Shown: positions 36,952-49,543 of the stretch, piece by piece
Position numbering within the stretch: the first letter of the stretch is position 1
Layout of the letters: every line of letters starts with the position of its first letter
From: Fistulifera solaris
Lineage: Eukaryota
Assembly (NCBI GenBank): GCA_030295235.1
Contig: AP026148.1
Span: forward strand, 186,001 to 250,000
Direction: 5' to 3'
Length of the DNA: 64,000 bases
Notes under the pieces: model-generated
Database searches by the model: none
What the model was told of the DNA's origin: nothing
Seen by the model: the letters and a program-made list of their open reading frames with translations, nothing else
Program-made: the position numbers and the translations under genes

Positions 36952-37591
36952 TTGTCATTTGTTACTTCGTTTTTATGAGCAGACCGACGTGATGAAACCG
37001 AAATCCGAACCAAAACATGATGCGATTGCCAAGTGCCAGAGTTTGTGGTCCTCCGAACAGCCCACGTGGCTTGTAAAATTGGGTCTTTCTGAAATAATGT
37101 ACCCTTGTATCAAAAAACGCACCCTATTTCAGAAAGCTATTGAGGACTTGACGCGACGCAGCAGTAGTAGTGTTTCTGAGATGAAACTGAATCTGAAACG
37201 ACGTCATCCATTTTTCAGAAAGCTCAACATTGTCTGTTGGTAACGTCATTCATGTCTTCAACTTCAAAACGACTGCTCTCCGATAGTTCAGAACCTAAAA
37301 CCAACTAAGGAATAGCGTCGCAGGTCGCAGTGCTACATGGCCAATGCTTTAGCATTCAAAGCAGTTTCTCTTAGCTAAGATGTCGATTAATGATGTACGC
37401 TGCTTCGCGGATCGCATTAAGGTCTTTTGCTTAGTTATTTTGTAGTGTTACCAGCAAATTTCACAATACGATAAGCCCCCCACTTAAGGGAAAAGTTGAA
37501 ACTAAGACTATTAATATCGTTTTACGTTGAGTATCAGTTGGGCGGAACGATCAGTGCTTATATCTTTGAAGTTATTGTGCTTCACTTTTCG

Positions 37592-38329
37592 TTAAGAGCC
37601 CTTTTCCTTTTTGGCTTTTGGCAGCCGGACTGCCTTTACGATATCATTGGAAAGTTTCTTCATGCGGCCTTTGATGTTAATGATTGTGTTCTCATCGTTT
37701 CGTTCCACTAGCCGGCCATCGAGAAACACAATCTTGTCTTTCTTTGCATCAAAATATTCGACAATGACATCAAATCCTTTGTAACTCTGAAACATGATAC
37801 CCGATAGCTCATCCGGTGCACCTGGGGTTGTGACTTCAATCTCAAACTTTTCCCCAATTTCGACGCCAACCGCAGTATCGGATTCCAAGGCGGATCGGAT
37901 AGCGCGAGACAGCTCCACAATATTAGTTCCGTCATGCGGTACTTCAGCTTCGACTATTTCGTCTAGATCAGGATCAAAGAATGCTTCGCTTTCTATTAAA
38001 ACCTCCTCTATTTCATCATCACTATTGTCGTCTTGGAGATAAGTCATACCTTTGATCGTAATGATAATCTTTTCTGGTTTCCAGTCAATTTGAAACTGAT
38101 CGTCGCTACAGCCTTGGTTTATTAACACGCTTCGTATTAGTTTCTCGCCCTCTTCTTTTAAACTGAAAGTAACACCGCCGGGGCCCTGAAGCACTTCGTG
38201 CAACCGTGTCGGCGTAGCATAAGGACGAATTCGAGGTTGCGCTGCTTGCGAGATCCACGCCGTAGAAGAAGAACCCGAAAGTATGACAAGAAACAGGCTC
38301 CCTAGAAGCGAAGCAGAGAAAGGACGCAT
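37592..38329 (-). CDS. rimP: Ribosome maturation factor RimP-like, plastid-targeted
   Basis: 'ELSRAI...FEIEVTTPGAPDEL...FQSYKGFDV.V...GRLVE'. Signal peptide ending STA|W. Confidence 0.8.
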   Translation of the reverse strand: MRPFSASLLGSLFLVILSGSSSTAWISQAAQPRIRPYATPTRLHEVLQGPGGVTFSLKEEGEKLIRSVLINQGCSDDQFQIDWKPEKIIITIKGMTYLQDDNSDDEIEEVLIESEAFFDPDLDEIVEAEVPHDGTNIVELSRAIRSALESDTAVGVEIGEKFEIEVTTPGAPDELSGIMFQSYKGFDVIVEYFDAKKDKIVFLDGRLVERNDENTIINIKGRMKKLSNDIVKAVRLPKAKKEKGS

Positions 38330-38690
38330 TTCTTTTAATCCTTTAATATGAATAGATCACACTGATTGCCTGGTGTTTGATAACTAAAGGAAATCGATTT
38401 CTTTATCGTCATGCATAAACACATCATCATCCGTCGCCATTTTATTTGCCATGAGCCATAAGCATCAGCCATTACCAGGTATCCCATAAGCACTATTTCT
38501 CCAGTAAGGTTAGTGTGTATGAGCCTGTTAGCCATTGTAGCAATGCGGTCGCACAGCTTTGGACCTCGTACCAGTTACAAAAATGAAAAGGGCAAATCAT
38601 AGTCAACAACAAGCCGAAATCTCTTCTTACTGGTCTGAAACAGAGCCCGCGGGTAGAGGATTTTGTTTTGACAATAGCTGTAAGAAATAT

Positions 38691-38716
38691 CCGGGACTAA
38701 AATCCAGTCGCGAGTC
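38691..38716. promoter_or_regulatory. Recurrent intergenic motif, copy 2 (CCGGGACTAAAATCCAGTCGCGAGTC)
   Basis: Aligns without gaps to 26982-27007; lies between the divergent rimP and nucleolin genes. Confidence 0.35.
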
Positions 38717-38952
38717 AAAAATAGTGAACGACGCTCTGCACTAAATAATGAGATAGTGTGACAACATCGACCAACCGTCAACCGGATTGATGTGACAGCC
38801 AACGAAAAAAGAGAGATCTAAAAAATCTGAAAACATTCTTGCATCCGCTCTCACCCTTTTCTTATATTTCACACAGAACGAAACAAACGTTTGTGAGGAC
38901 GCCTTCCCCACAATTCAAACAAATGAACCTCGTCAAACAAGTAACATCTACC

Positions 38953-40462
38953 ATGGGAGCCGATAAGAAAGAAATCCTTCGTCAAAAGACCGAAGCAGCC
39001 GAAGCCGCTGCCAAAGAAGCTCAAGAAGCCACCGCACGCGCCGAACGTTTGGCCAAGGAAGTCAAGGAGCTTGCCGAGCAACTGAAGAGTTCTGGCAAGA
39101 AGACGAAAGCTACGAAATCTGTTGTCAGTGACGACGAGCAGAAGAAAGCCGAAGAGTCAGACTCGGACAGTAGCAGCAGTAGCAGAGACTCGGACTCTGA
39201 CAGCGATGATCCGAAGAAGACGGCCGTGAAACCAAAGGTGGCTGCCAAAAAGAAGAAAGCGACGATTCTTCCAGCGATGACTCAACATCTGATGACGAGG
39301 ACGACAAAGCGGCTGATAAGATGGAGGTAGAAAAGACCGAAAAATCTGCCAAGAAAGAAGAATCGTCGGACTCGTCGTCGAGCGACTCGGACAGCTCTAG
39401 TAGCGAATCAGAAGACGAAGAAGAAGAAGCCCCGAAAGTGGCTTCCAAGAAAGCAGAAATTAAGAAGAAACCCGATGACTCATCTTCTTCCTCCTCTTCT
39501 GACAGTGACTCGGACGAAGAGGAAGAAAAAGTAGCTCCGAAAGCGAAGGCTGCGGCAAAGAAGGAGGAATCGGACGACTCGTCTTCTTCATCTTCGGATA
39601 GTGACTCAGATAACGACGACGACGACGACGACGAAGCTGAAAAGGCTCCAGAAAAATCAAGTGGCAAGCGCAAGGCTGAAGATATCGAAGCAGCTGCCCC
39701 CACCCCCAAGAAGGCTGCCGTGAGCGACGAAGCCACCGAAGGCAACAAGGTGTACGTTCGAGGCCTTCCGTGGAAAGCGGAGGAACACGAAGTACAAGAG
39801 TTCTTTGCTGCCTGTGGTCCGATCAAATCGTGCGAGATGCCACTCATGGACGACGGAAGAAGCTCCGGAACTGCCATTATTGAATTTGAGACCAATGAAG
39901 GCGCCGCCGCCGCGATCGAGCTCAATGGGGGAGACTTTCAAGGCCGGTGGTTGAGCATCAAGTATTCAACTCCAAAACCTATTCTTTCTGCCCGAGAGCC
40001 TACACAGAAGCAAGACGGTTGCGTGACTGTCTTTGTGGGAAATCTGGCGTGGGACGTGGACGAAGATACGCTTCGTCAAGCATTTGGTGAATGCGGTGAA
40101 ATAACTTCGGTTCGGTTTGCGACGGACCGAGAAACTGGCGAATTCAAAGGATTCGGCCACATTGAATTCACCGATACTGAAGCCACCGACAAGGCGATTG
40201 CTATGGCTGGCACTGACATTTTGGGTCGACAAGTCCGAGTCGACTATGCCAATGACAAGAAAGCAGGCGGAGGCGGCGGAGGATTCGGAGGCGGCGGTGG
40301 CCGAAGCAACGACCGTGGCGGTCGCGGAGGAGGACGTGGCCGGGGTCGCGGTGGTGACAGTGGAGGCCGTGGCGGTCGAGGACGCGGAGGAGGAAATTCT
40401 TTTAACGCGAAAAAGACGGGTGGAATTACTGCTTTTGCCGGCAAAAGATTTCGTTTGATTAA
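38953..40462 (+). CDS. Nucleolin/Nsr1/Gar2-like protein (acidic-serine tracts, 2 RRMs, RGG tail)
   Basis: S/D/E-rich blocks; RRMs 'KVYVRGLPW' and 'TVFVGNLAW...KGFGHIEF'; RGG repeats; C-terminal GKKISFD after a 1-nt shift. Another shift near 39255. Confidence 0.9.
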
Positions 40463-40501
40463 CGGATTAACTAAAAAAAGTCTGTAACAAAATACAATGA
40501 A

Positions 40502-41098
40502 TCATCGAAAAATGCGCATCCTCAGTAGCCTAGCCTCTATTCTGTTTTTCTTCTCCGCTTCTTCTGGTTTGTGCGGTCGTAATGTATTGTACAGAAACAA
40601 AACAGTCAACAGCATCAAACCTGAGACATAAAGTATCCACTTGAGTTGATTCCCCACCGAAGCCAATTCCACGTAATGATCCGGTAGTTTTTCCTTCGGA
40701 TAATGCTTACAACCGTAGACTACGATATAAGTTTCCAGCAAATCACACACCATCGCAACAGTCATCATCATGGCTGCATTCGGACTCATACCGGCGGCGG
40801 CTAATTGACCGTAGAGATACGTCCCTATCAAGATCGGAGTAATGACCATGAATGGACAAAAATCCCAAGCCGCCATCTGCAAGTAAGCTTGTTGTCCTTG
40901 TTCTCCCATATCATCGTACCATTGATTTAATTCATCGGATGTAAATCCCATGCGAAGATCCGGAGCCGCCCCGGCTCCGAACGAATTGACTTGTTCATTG
41001 AGTGCTTTCATTTCTTGCATGGCGTACAATGCGATCACTATGACCAGTGTCGTCATGAAATTGGATTGAGAGATCTTGTCGAGTAAGAGAAGAAACAT
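40502..41098 (-). CDS. Hypothetical multi-pass membrane protein
   Basis: ORF with about four hydrophobic helices; 'PDLRMGFT..EL..W...MGEQG..AY'. Confidence 0.65.
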   Translation of the reverse strand: MFLLLLDKISQSNFMTTLVIVIALYAMQEMKALNEQVNSFGAGAAPDLRMGFTSDELNQWYDDMGEQGQQAYLQMAAWDFCPFMVITPILIGTYLYGQLAAAGMSPNAAMMMTVAMVCDLLETYIVVYGCKHYPKEKLPDHYVELASVGNQLKWILYVSGLMLLTVLFLYNTLRPHKPEEAEKKNRIEARLLRMRIFR

Positions 41099-41481
41099 TT
41101 CGTTTACTTGAATGAATACTGCTGAAAGACTTAACACAGAAAAGAAGGAATGCCAATTAATTAGAAATGCTTTTCACAATTGAGTTAGTATTGCGTTAAA
41201 GCTTGCAAAATTTAGTTTTGGCGTCTGATAAGGTTAGCGTTCATCATCGCATGACTGAAATAACGGAGTCGTGAAAAGAGGTGCGAAAGCAATTGAAAAA
41301 AAAAAATTGTTGCTGTTGCAGATCCTTTAATTTAATACCTTGTATACCCAAATCAACTTATTGTCTATTCATCTTCCTTAGCTTTTTCACCGTACAGGAC
41401 TAACAGCATCAATAAAAGACGTCCTCTGTCGCGCATTTACTACTGCTGATTTGGTACCCGTAAAACGTCCAAATTGGAAAC

Positions 41482-42418
41482 ATGGCCAACGTCACCGACG
41501 CTTTCATCAATGCTCTATCGGGCTCCGACCCGCAAAATTTAATGGAATACATTACACGACAAAAAAATATACGACAGTCGATTCTGGAAAGAAGAATGCT
41601 TTGGATTATCCGTCGCCGATGTCTTGGAAAAAGCCGCACACAAATTACAGTGTATCGGAGGATTGCCGACAAAATTTCTCGCGCTGGCCCTTAAATTACT
41701 TCAAGTGCACCCGGAAACCGAACTGGTGATTGAATCGTTCATTCAACAAGAGGAATTCAAATATGTGCGAGCGCTGGGATGTTTTTATGTTCGCATGACG
41801 GGGAGTCCACCCGATATTTATGAAGCACTCGAGCCGTTGTATCGGGATCGACGAAAACTGCGTGTATGGTCTGCGGCTTCCCAAGAATGGTCCATTTTAC
41901 ACATGGATGAATACATCCATCAGCTACTTGATCCAAAAAATAACATTCTGGGTTTAGCGTTGCCGCGATTGCCGCACCGTCGTGCTTTGCAGGAAGCGGG
42001 CTATCTAGCGGAAGGACCTAGGCCCACTGCACTAGTTGATAAGCTGGAGGCGCACGGCAATGACCCGATCGCTTATTTAAAATACAAAGCAACAATCCAA
42101 AAAAACTGCGGCGGCCCGGGAAGCATGGGAAAACCGACAAGCGCGATTAGGATTGAGTACGGGAAACGATGAAAAAGTGACAACTCCGAGGAAAGAGATC
42201 CGAAGGAGAAACGAAAGCAACACGACAGTCTTGTGGATAAGAAAGAACGTAAGAAACAAAAAGTGTATGATAGCTTATTCAAAAAGTCCAGCGGCCAAAC
42301 GAAGAAAACAGAGAAACTTGAGAACAACAATACTTCTGCGGAAAAGACAGTCGAATTCTCTGAAGAGCAATGGAACGCGGAACGTGCCAAGCTTGGTCTC
42401 AAACCACTCAAAAAATAA
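41482..42418 (+). CDS. PRP38: Pre-mRNA splicing factor 38 (PRP38A)
   Basis: 'MANVTD...GSDPQNLMEYITRQK', 'LALKLLQ.HP', 'FKYVRALGCFYVRM', 'HMDEYIHQLL', 'LPRLP'. Frameshifts at A-runs. Confidence 0.9.
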
Positions 42419-42431
42419 TTTTCAGTTACAC

Positions 42432-43096
42432 CTATTTAAAAATTTTACTTTTACATTGCCGCACTCCATCATTATTGGCATTCTTTTGATGATTTTCATG
42501 CCGAAGTCTCCTTTTTCGTTTCTTCTTTTTGTCTTTTCGTTCCTTGTCAACCTTTTTCTTTCTTCCTCTTTTGGATTCTTTCTTATTGCTAGTAGTATCT
42601 TCCACAGCCTTGAAAACAGGAAAATCAAGACTTCCACCAAAAATGCATTTCATATCGTGTTCCGATTTCTCTACAAATTTGGCCTGTCGTATTTTATGAT
42701 GCGTCGACTTGTTGGTTGGTAACGTTAATGGCGAAGTCGTTTTCTTGTTACTACTGCTCTTCTTTTTCTTTTTACTATCAACTCCGTGATGCTTTTGTAA
42801 TTCCGTCAACAGATTCGAAAAATGCCCGACGTGATGATGCTGATCGGTCTCGTACAGGCTTGACGATTTGGCTCCCAATCCTAATCCATCTTTTCGTTTA
42901 ACGACACGAATTCCCTCGGAAGATACTTTGTCACTAGTTTCACTTTCGGCGAAGCTGCTGTCGAGACTGCGCTGTCGCTTTCCTACGGCTTGACCATCTT
43001 TCCAGCCCATGCGCTGCAGAGTTTCGAGCCAACGTTGTCGGCTCTCCAAGCTAGATTTCGGGTGTCTTCTCGTTTGGCTACCGCAACCACGGACAT
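42432..43096 (-). CDS. G-patch domain protein (PinX1/Gno1-like), lysine-rich
   Basis: 'LQRMGWKDGQAVGK...IRVVKRKDGLGLGA', 'FSNLLTEL', K-rich C-terminus. Ends are uncertain because of frameshifts. Confidence 0.75.
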
Positions 43097-43602
43097 GATT
43101 TTCTTTTCGATGTGTTCTAGTTGAAAAAGAATATAGACACAGGAAATGCAAGAACGAAAGAAACACTGTCAATAGAAACGAGGCTTTTGAGACGAAAAAG
43201 AACTTTTGTTGTTGAGGTCGTTCGCGTCTTGTGTCGTGTTGCAGAATTTTTTTTCTCTTGAATGGTTGTCTCGAAGCGCAGGGAATGACGGACGGACGAT
43301 GATGATTCAAGATTCAGGATTGATTGGCGTTGAGTTGCCCTACAAGCCTACAAGTACCGTACTTGGTTTCACCTTAAATAAATAATCTCGACATGACCTA
43401 CAGCGACTCAAATTTTAGCCACCTTCATCCACGTGGAATGGCCCTACGTGACAGGTTGACCTCATTCCCTCGATCGATTGCGTTTTTATTATAATACTCC
43501 GTATTTGGTTGCTGTTATTGTTTGATGGACGGCATCATCCCTTGAAAAGAAGAGAGGATCTCCAGAAGCATCTTTTTGTAAAAGAACAGAAATTAATTGA
43601 AA

Positions 43603-44506
43603 ATGTTTCAAAAGAAAGTGATTTTATCATGGTTGGCCTGTATGTTGCTGGCTTCGACGGAAGCTTTCGTCATCCGATCTCCATCCTACTCTCTATCATC
43701 CATGACATCGTCGTCCTTGATTCCCATGTCGGCAGATGATCATGGTGAACCCGTCAATACAGATGATCAAGTGGAGGAGGACTTCGTAGCGAAAGAACAA
43801 ATCGACGAAGAGGAGGAGGAGGAAGAAGAACCGCAACCCGAGGATCCGGAATTGGTGGCTTTGAAAGAAGAGATTGCCAAGTTAGAAGCGGAAGTAAAGG
43901 AAAAGAGACGACAAGTAGAGTATACATCCGAACAGGCAGATGAATATTCACAAGCAGGATATGCTCGGAAAGTGGCGGAGATGGAGAACATGAGAAGAGC
44001 CAGGAGTGTAAGTGTCAAATCATTCTTTCCCTGCCATGGCTGTTTTCTTTTTAATTCGTTCGTGCGCTCACGTTGTCACTTTACGCCTATTGCAGATGCT
44101 CAACACATCCAATCGATCTACTTCTACTGCAGCATTACTTACCAAATTCTTGCCAACGATGGACAAACTGAATGAATTACGGGAAAAGTACGGAGAAGAT
44201 AGTTTTGGAAAGCAGTACAATGCCCTTCCCGGAACTTTGATGGCCGGCTTTTCGGCCATGGGTGTAGCGGATTTCTCCGTTACTGTGGGTGAAAAGATGG
44301 ATGCGGAGCGCATGGTGGCGGTGGCGGAAGAACATTCGGTGGAATTACCCGCCGGAACAGTCATCCGAGAGGTCAGTTCCGGTTTGCAACTGGAGGGCAA
44401 TGTGATTCGAATGGCGGAGTGTGTCGTCAGTTTGGGACCCGAAAGTAACAGTGATGAACCAGCAGCTTCGGCGGAGACGACCGAAGACGATGCTGGAGAG
44501 GCATAA
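43603..44506 (+). CDS. grpE: GrpE nucleotide exchange factor, plastid-targeted
   Basis: Signal peptide ending TEA|F, coiled coil, 'AEMENMRR', 'FLPTMDKL', 'GTVIREVSSG...VIRMAECVVS'. Intron ~44008-44095. Confidence 0.85.
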
Positions 44507-45030
44507 GTGTACGTCGTGGTCGGTACATGTGGCAGCTTCATTTGGTTTGAGACACAACTATTTACTGCGTGAACACAACAACAAGACAAGAAAACGGATG
44601 AATAAAGCACTTAGAGCAACGGCAAAAGCAAATTTAGGCAATCATAAGAAAACCTTATCTGTAGGATGACTTCGTTGTGTCAGATGCTTTAGTCGCGAGC
44701 ATTCGGATTCTTTCCGTTGATAGCTAAGTTTGCAGTAGGATTATCACACAAGGGACGTCTCTGTAAATCGTGTTTGAATGATTATGATGTTTAAGAGTGA
44801 CAGCTCGGAGATATCCGAACAGCAGGCACAGTATGCGGATCCAGAAAACAGCGTATCACCTTGCCATTCGGCCAGAAAGAGGCAATCGACAAGAGATGAG
44901 TGAGATTGTGATTGAGTACTGCATCGGTTTGAGAAGTAAAGATGCTGGGAACTTCGGACGGTGTGTGTTTGTGGGATGCACCAAAAATGGAGATCAAACT
45001 TCTTCAAAGTAAAATCAGCAAACCTTCTCA

Positions 45031-46125
45031 TCAAATTGAAAGATCTATTCCATTTCGTGGAGCGTGTTGAACAGATATTGCCGCGGAAGTAGGCTGGGGA
45101 TCCATACTGTAGGCAGACACATCATCTTCCGGTTCCTGGTGACTCAAAGTGGGAGAAACAATGGGGGATCGTGACGGGGTTACAATCTGCGACGTGGGTG
45201 CCATCCCCGAAACCGAAACACGAGCTAAGGTTTCTCGTATCGTTTGAATGTCCATTTCCAGGTCTTCCACTGTTTTCTCGAGAACCGAAATGAAGCATTT
45301 CTTTCGGTCCCGGGTCAACTTGGCATGCATTCGATTTCGCTCACGTCTGAATTTACAGTTGACGTAGAACCAAGGTAAGTTAGAGCAAGAGGTATAGCTT
45401 TGGTAGTCTCAATATTGGTCTCGGGAGGACACGTACCGCAATTTCTGTAGCTGCTCGTTCGTCAACGTTTTGTGAAATCCTTTGTTGTCGCTGTAGACAC
45501 CAGTTTTCCAATTGACATGACAGCCTCCACCTAAGATCGTCAATTCACCGTCGATGGACACCTTCATAGATTTTGATGAAAACTGATAATCATTACTTTC
45601 GACGAAAAATCGCTTTCGTTTGCCTTCTGTCAAGACGGTCACGTGTGTCTCATTCTTTCGTTCCTTTTTCGAACGGAACATGTCCACATCCACGTCGTTG
45701 TGTGGTTCTTCTTCATTTGATGACATTCCCAGTAGAATGGAAGCAATGTTACATTCTTCCATCTTTTGCTTCAGATTCTTGCGTTCCGCTTCGAGTTCTC
45801 TGACTTTAGATTGCAAGGCTTCCAAATGCTCCTTCTTTCGAATGCGAGTCCGACGTGCGTGTTCGCGGTTTCGTTCTCTACTTTTCGCAAGTCGTTGCTC
45901 CCATCCCTCTTTCGGCCGTCGGGAGATTGCTTGCTCCTGTCCAGTTGGTACGGTCGGAGAAGCGTGAGAAGATGTCTCCAAGATTTCTGTGTGCGTCATT
46001 GTGTGGCGTTGTTCTTCGAAAATAGATTGCGGAATATTCGACCCGGGAAACGACGATTCTCCGTGTTGCAGTGCTGCCACAGCGAATGCCAAGGCAATAG
46101 ATTGGTTATCATGAGACGTATTCAT
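45031..46125 (-). CDS. Transcription factor with two bZIP domains
   Basis: 'KSRERNREHARRTRIRKK...L...V..L' and, across intron 45347-45436, 'RRERNRMHAKLTRDRKK...LE..V..L'. Confidence 0.85.
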
Positions 46126-46714
46126 GGTTCTCGATTGAATTGATGTGTAATGTCTTCGATCATCAGAAATGAAAGACGTACTACTCCTTCTCCGACGACA
46201 ACAGCTGTGAGAATCATCTCCAAACGAACAGTGAGAAAGCAAAACCAAAAAGAGCAGATTGCCATTGGTATCCTGTTCCTTGGTATGCGAACCGTAAGAT
46301 GCATACGTCACTCCCTACGTGACCGTCGTAGAATTCTACGAACGGCCGATCGGCCAATGACCGCAAAGAACGACTCAATATCCGGTCGCGTCGATGTGGG
46401 GGCACGGCGGGCGTACTCGAAACCTCAGAGTGATTCCAGTGCCTCTGTTCGGCGACAGCTGTTGAAACGCGCAACGAATGCCTTTCGTACTTTGTGAAAA
46501 ACAGTGTTGAATTTGAAAATTGGCGCGAAAAAACAGAACCTGCGTCGTCGATGGAAGAAAGAAGAAGATCTTTTCTGTCTGTACGCCGTACGTCACTAAA
46601 AGCAGTCCTGCTCGTGATTCACAACAAAAAATAATGACCAAGGTCGACAAAAATTACAACAATCAAACCATCAAAAGCCGTTATCATTCGACAAACAACA
46701 ATGATGATAAAAGA

Positions 46715-47785
46715 ATGACAAGATTCACTATGTTCCAACAGCTTGCTCATCGAAAAAGACAGAATCTGGAAGTGCAAGGCGAAGTATCGCCGCTAACATC
46801 ACAGCGAAAACGTCGTAGACAACGGACGTGGACGAAGGCACAAGTTATTGCATCGTGTTTATTATTGTTGCTGGTGATAAGCACGGCTGCTCTTATGCTA
46901 CTGATATTTCTTGGCTTTGTACTACGTACACCCCGAAAACAACCCATCATTCCTGGTCAAATTTACATTCCTCACGAACCGAATCTGCACCAAATACCAC
47001 AGCGTCTCGTATTTACGCATCGCTACAATTTACTTTTGGATGATTGGAAAGACGATCCCCAGAATGATATCACAACGGAAGAATTAGACGAACTGATGGT
47101 TTTACAAAAGAATGTACGCGATATTGTCAACAAGCATCCTTCGGCGAGTGTGGAGTTTTATACAGACGAAGATTGCATAGAGGCCCTGACACACGTCGCG
47201 CCTTCTACACAACAAGACGAATGGGTTCACTATTTTCGTTCCGAATCCAAAGGTATGTTCAAAGCGGATTGGTGCCGTGGTGTCGCTTTGCTAGAACAGG
47301 GTGGCGTCTATTTTGATGTGGATTTGGGTGTACGACAGAATGTATTTGAAGTATTGCAAAGGAACACCACCCTGGCGACGGTGAAAGTACACCGCCAATC
47401 ACAACATCCGGGGGCCTTCTTTCAAGCCTTTATTGCCGTTGCACCGAAACATCCTGTCATGCAACGATACGTTGACTTGTTTGCGGAATACTATGCGGGT
47501 AAAAACCCCGCGAAAGGTCCGTTGGGCGTTTTGTTTTTGCGACAAGCCTTTGATGAATTGGTGGCGGAACAGCCGGCCATTAACGCCACTACCGAATTGT
47601 GGCAAGAAGTACTCTATCAGAAATCTATGAAACCATATTTGAGCGACGATTTTGAACCACCGGTGTGGGGCACACGGCGGGCGTGTCATTTCCTCGTCGT
47701 CGCGCGTTTGGAAGTTCCTTTGGTGGTGCCCTTTTACAGCCGTATTGCGGGTTCGCGCATGTGCCCTCTGCAACACCATAGATGA
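46715..47785 (+). CDS. DXD glycosyltransferase (GT32/Och1-like), type II membrane protein
   Basis: TM anchor, 'IPQRLVFT', 'KADWCR..ALL..GGVYFDVD', 'FIAVAPKHP'. Confidence 0.8.
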   Translation: MTRFTMFQQLAHRKRQNLEVQGEVSPLTSQRKRRRQRTWTKAQVIASCLLLLLVISTAALMLLIFLGFVLRTPRKQPIIPGQIYIPHEPNLHQIPQRLVFTHRYNLLLDDWKDDPQNDITTEELDELMVLQKNVRDIVNKHPSASVEFYTDEDCIEALTHVAPSTQQDEWVHYFRSESKGMFKADWCRGVALLEQGGVYFDVDLGVRQNVFEVLQRNTTLATVKVHRQSQHPGAFFQAFIAVAPKHPVMQRYVDLFAEYYAGKNPAKGPLGVLFLRQAFDELVAEQPAINATTELWQEVLYQKSMKPYLSDDFEPPVWGTRRACHFLVVARLEVPLVVPFYSRIAGSRMCPLQHHR

Positions 47786-48039
47786 GACACTATAATACAA
47801 ATGTCGATGAAAGGCAATGGCGCTTTGACGGCCCAATAAAGAGACGACATGTTGCTCAAGGTGAACGCCGAACCTTCACACTAGATTCAACAAAACACAT
47901 TAATTTGATCGGAACAAGTAACTTGGGCGCAACAATAAGAGTGATCTAAAAGAACTAGATGTTAGACTTTTAAACAGATGTAAGATCGACGTTTTAGTAC
48001 GTGCGTCTTTTCACGAAGCCTACACAAACACAAAGGCAA

Positions 48040-48438
48040 TCAGTGCTTGGACTTTTTCACAGGAGATAAGCAAGAGCCTACCGGCAATCGTTGTGGCAGT
48101 CGAGGATTGGCATCATTCGTCCGCTCGGACGTTGATGATGGAAGGGTCGAACCTTGAGTTGCCTTCTCGGAAAGTTCCGTCGCGTCCTCTTGTAACATCG
48201 TCGCACCACGAATAGGAGACTGGTCAGGCTCGGCAGCATTCTCCGTCGAGGACTGTTCCACCCATCGACAAGCTGGTGGTGTCAATGTGCGAGTCACACC
48301 TCTACGGTTGGAGCTTTCGGGTTTCGATTTGCCGGCTTGCGAAGCAAAAGTAGCCGAGTGTGCGGGAGGCACAGCACGATCATAAACGATCGTCCATTCT
48401 TGTTTCTTTTCTTCATTCTGTAATTGACTAGGATTCAT
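48040..48438 (-). CDS. Hypothetical low-complexity protein
   Basis: Open ~130-aa frame from an ATG; no recognisable domain. Confidence 0.35.
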   Translation of the reverse strand: MNPSQLQNEEKKQEWTIVYDRAVPPAHSATFASQAGKSKPESSNRRGVTRTLTPPACRWVEQSSTENAAEPDQSPIRGATMLQEDATELSEKATQGSTLPSSTSERTNDANPRLPQRLPVGSCLSPVKKSKH

Positions 48439-49543
48439 GCTAGTTGTAGATTGAGGTGGTAAAGTACTGTCTTGTCGAGTTGCGTTGGTGCAAAAAGAAG
48501 AGTAAGGATGATGAACTGATGAGACCTGGAGGAGAGTTGTTATTGCGGCAAACAAATGTCGACACAACGATCTCATAGACAGTGCACGATTCGATGCGTT
48601 TTGAAACGAATGGTGTCCCTTGTTCACGGAATCCTCTGGGTTCAGTGATGAATCGTTGACCTTTGATTCGATTAATAATGTTGATTCTTGAACAAAGTCC
48701 AGGGTCACGAAGAGATGGGCTTAAAGGCAAATTTGAGCTCTCGCGTTGACTATTGAGTGGCTGTGAGAAGACTTGAATAACGTTGTTATTAATGGTCAAA
48801 TTTTGCAAAGCAGCGTGGGATTGGAGACTTGAGACTTGAGAGAGGCAAATATAAAAAGGCAATGGACTTGCACCATGGACAACAACGTTGTTGCTTTCAT
48901 AATACTGTTCCGCACGTTTTTAAAATTTCCTTCGGATTGCATGCCGTTAAGTCCAAACGGGAGAATGTATCTTGCATTGAAAATTGAAACGTATTACCCC
49001 GGAGTATCAGTTATGAGTTCAGAGTTTTCATTCAGTACTCAGTCAGCTTACACTTTAAATCCATCTCAACAAGTAACTTACCGTCTTCCTTCTCGTGTGT
49101 CGCAGTCGCAGGTCGCAATGCAGTACCGTCCCGGTTTTGGATGTGGTATTTAGCGCTTCTTTGATGATAGTCAGTGTACAAAGTAGACCAAGATTGTGAC
49201 AAGTGCGAAGTGCGAAGTCATTTCGGTACGGTACCGGTACCGTTACGATGTAGATGTAGTGACGCCGTTGAGATCGACGAGGCACAATAAACATGCACAA
49301 AACATACCACGAAAAAATAAGAAAAACAATCAACTCCGCAAAACCATGATCGCAAGTTCCCTTTGCGAAACAGAAATTACTTTTATAGAAAGCACTCCAT
49401 TCAACAAGAGTACTATTGAGGTGGAAGAAATTCTGCCGCTGCAATCGATCAAAACAAAGGTACCCAATTCACGAAAGTTCGGAAGGGAAATTGTGACCGA
49501 TTGTGTCGTTTCCTCATCCATCAAGGTGGACTGGACTAACGTT

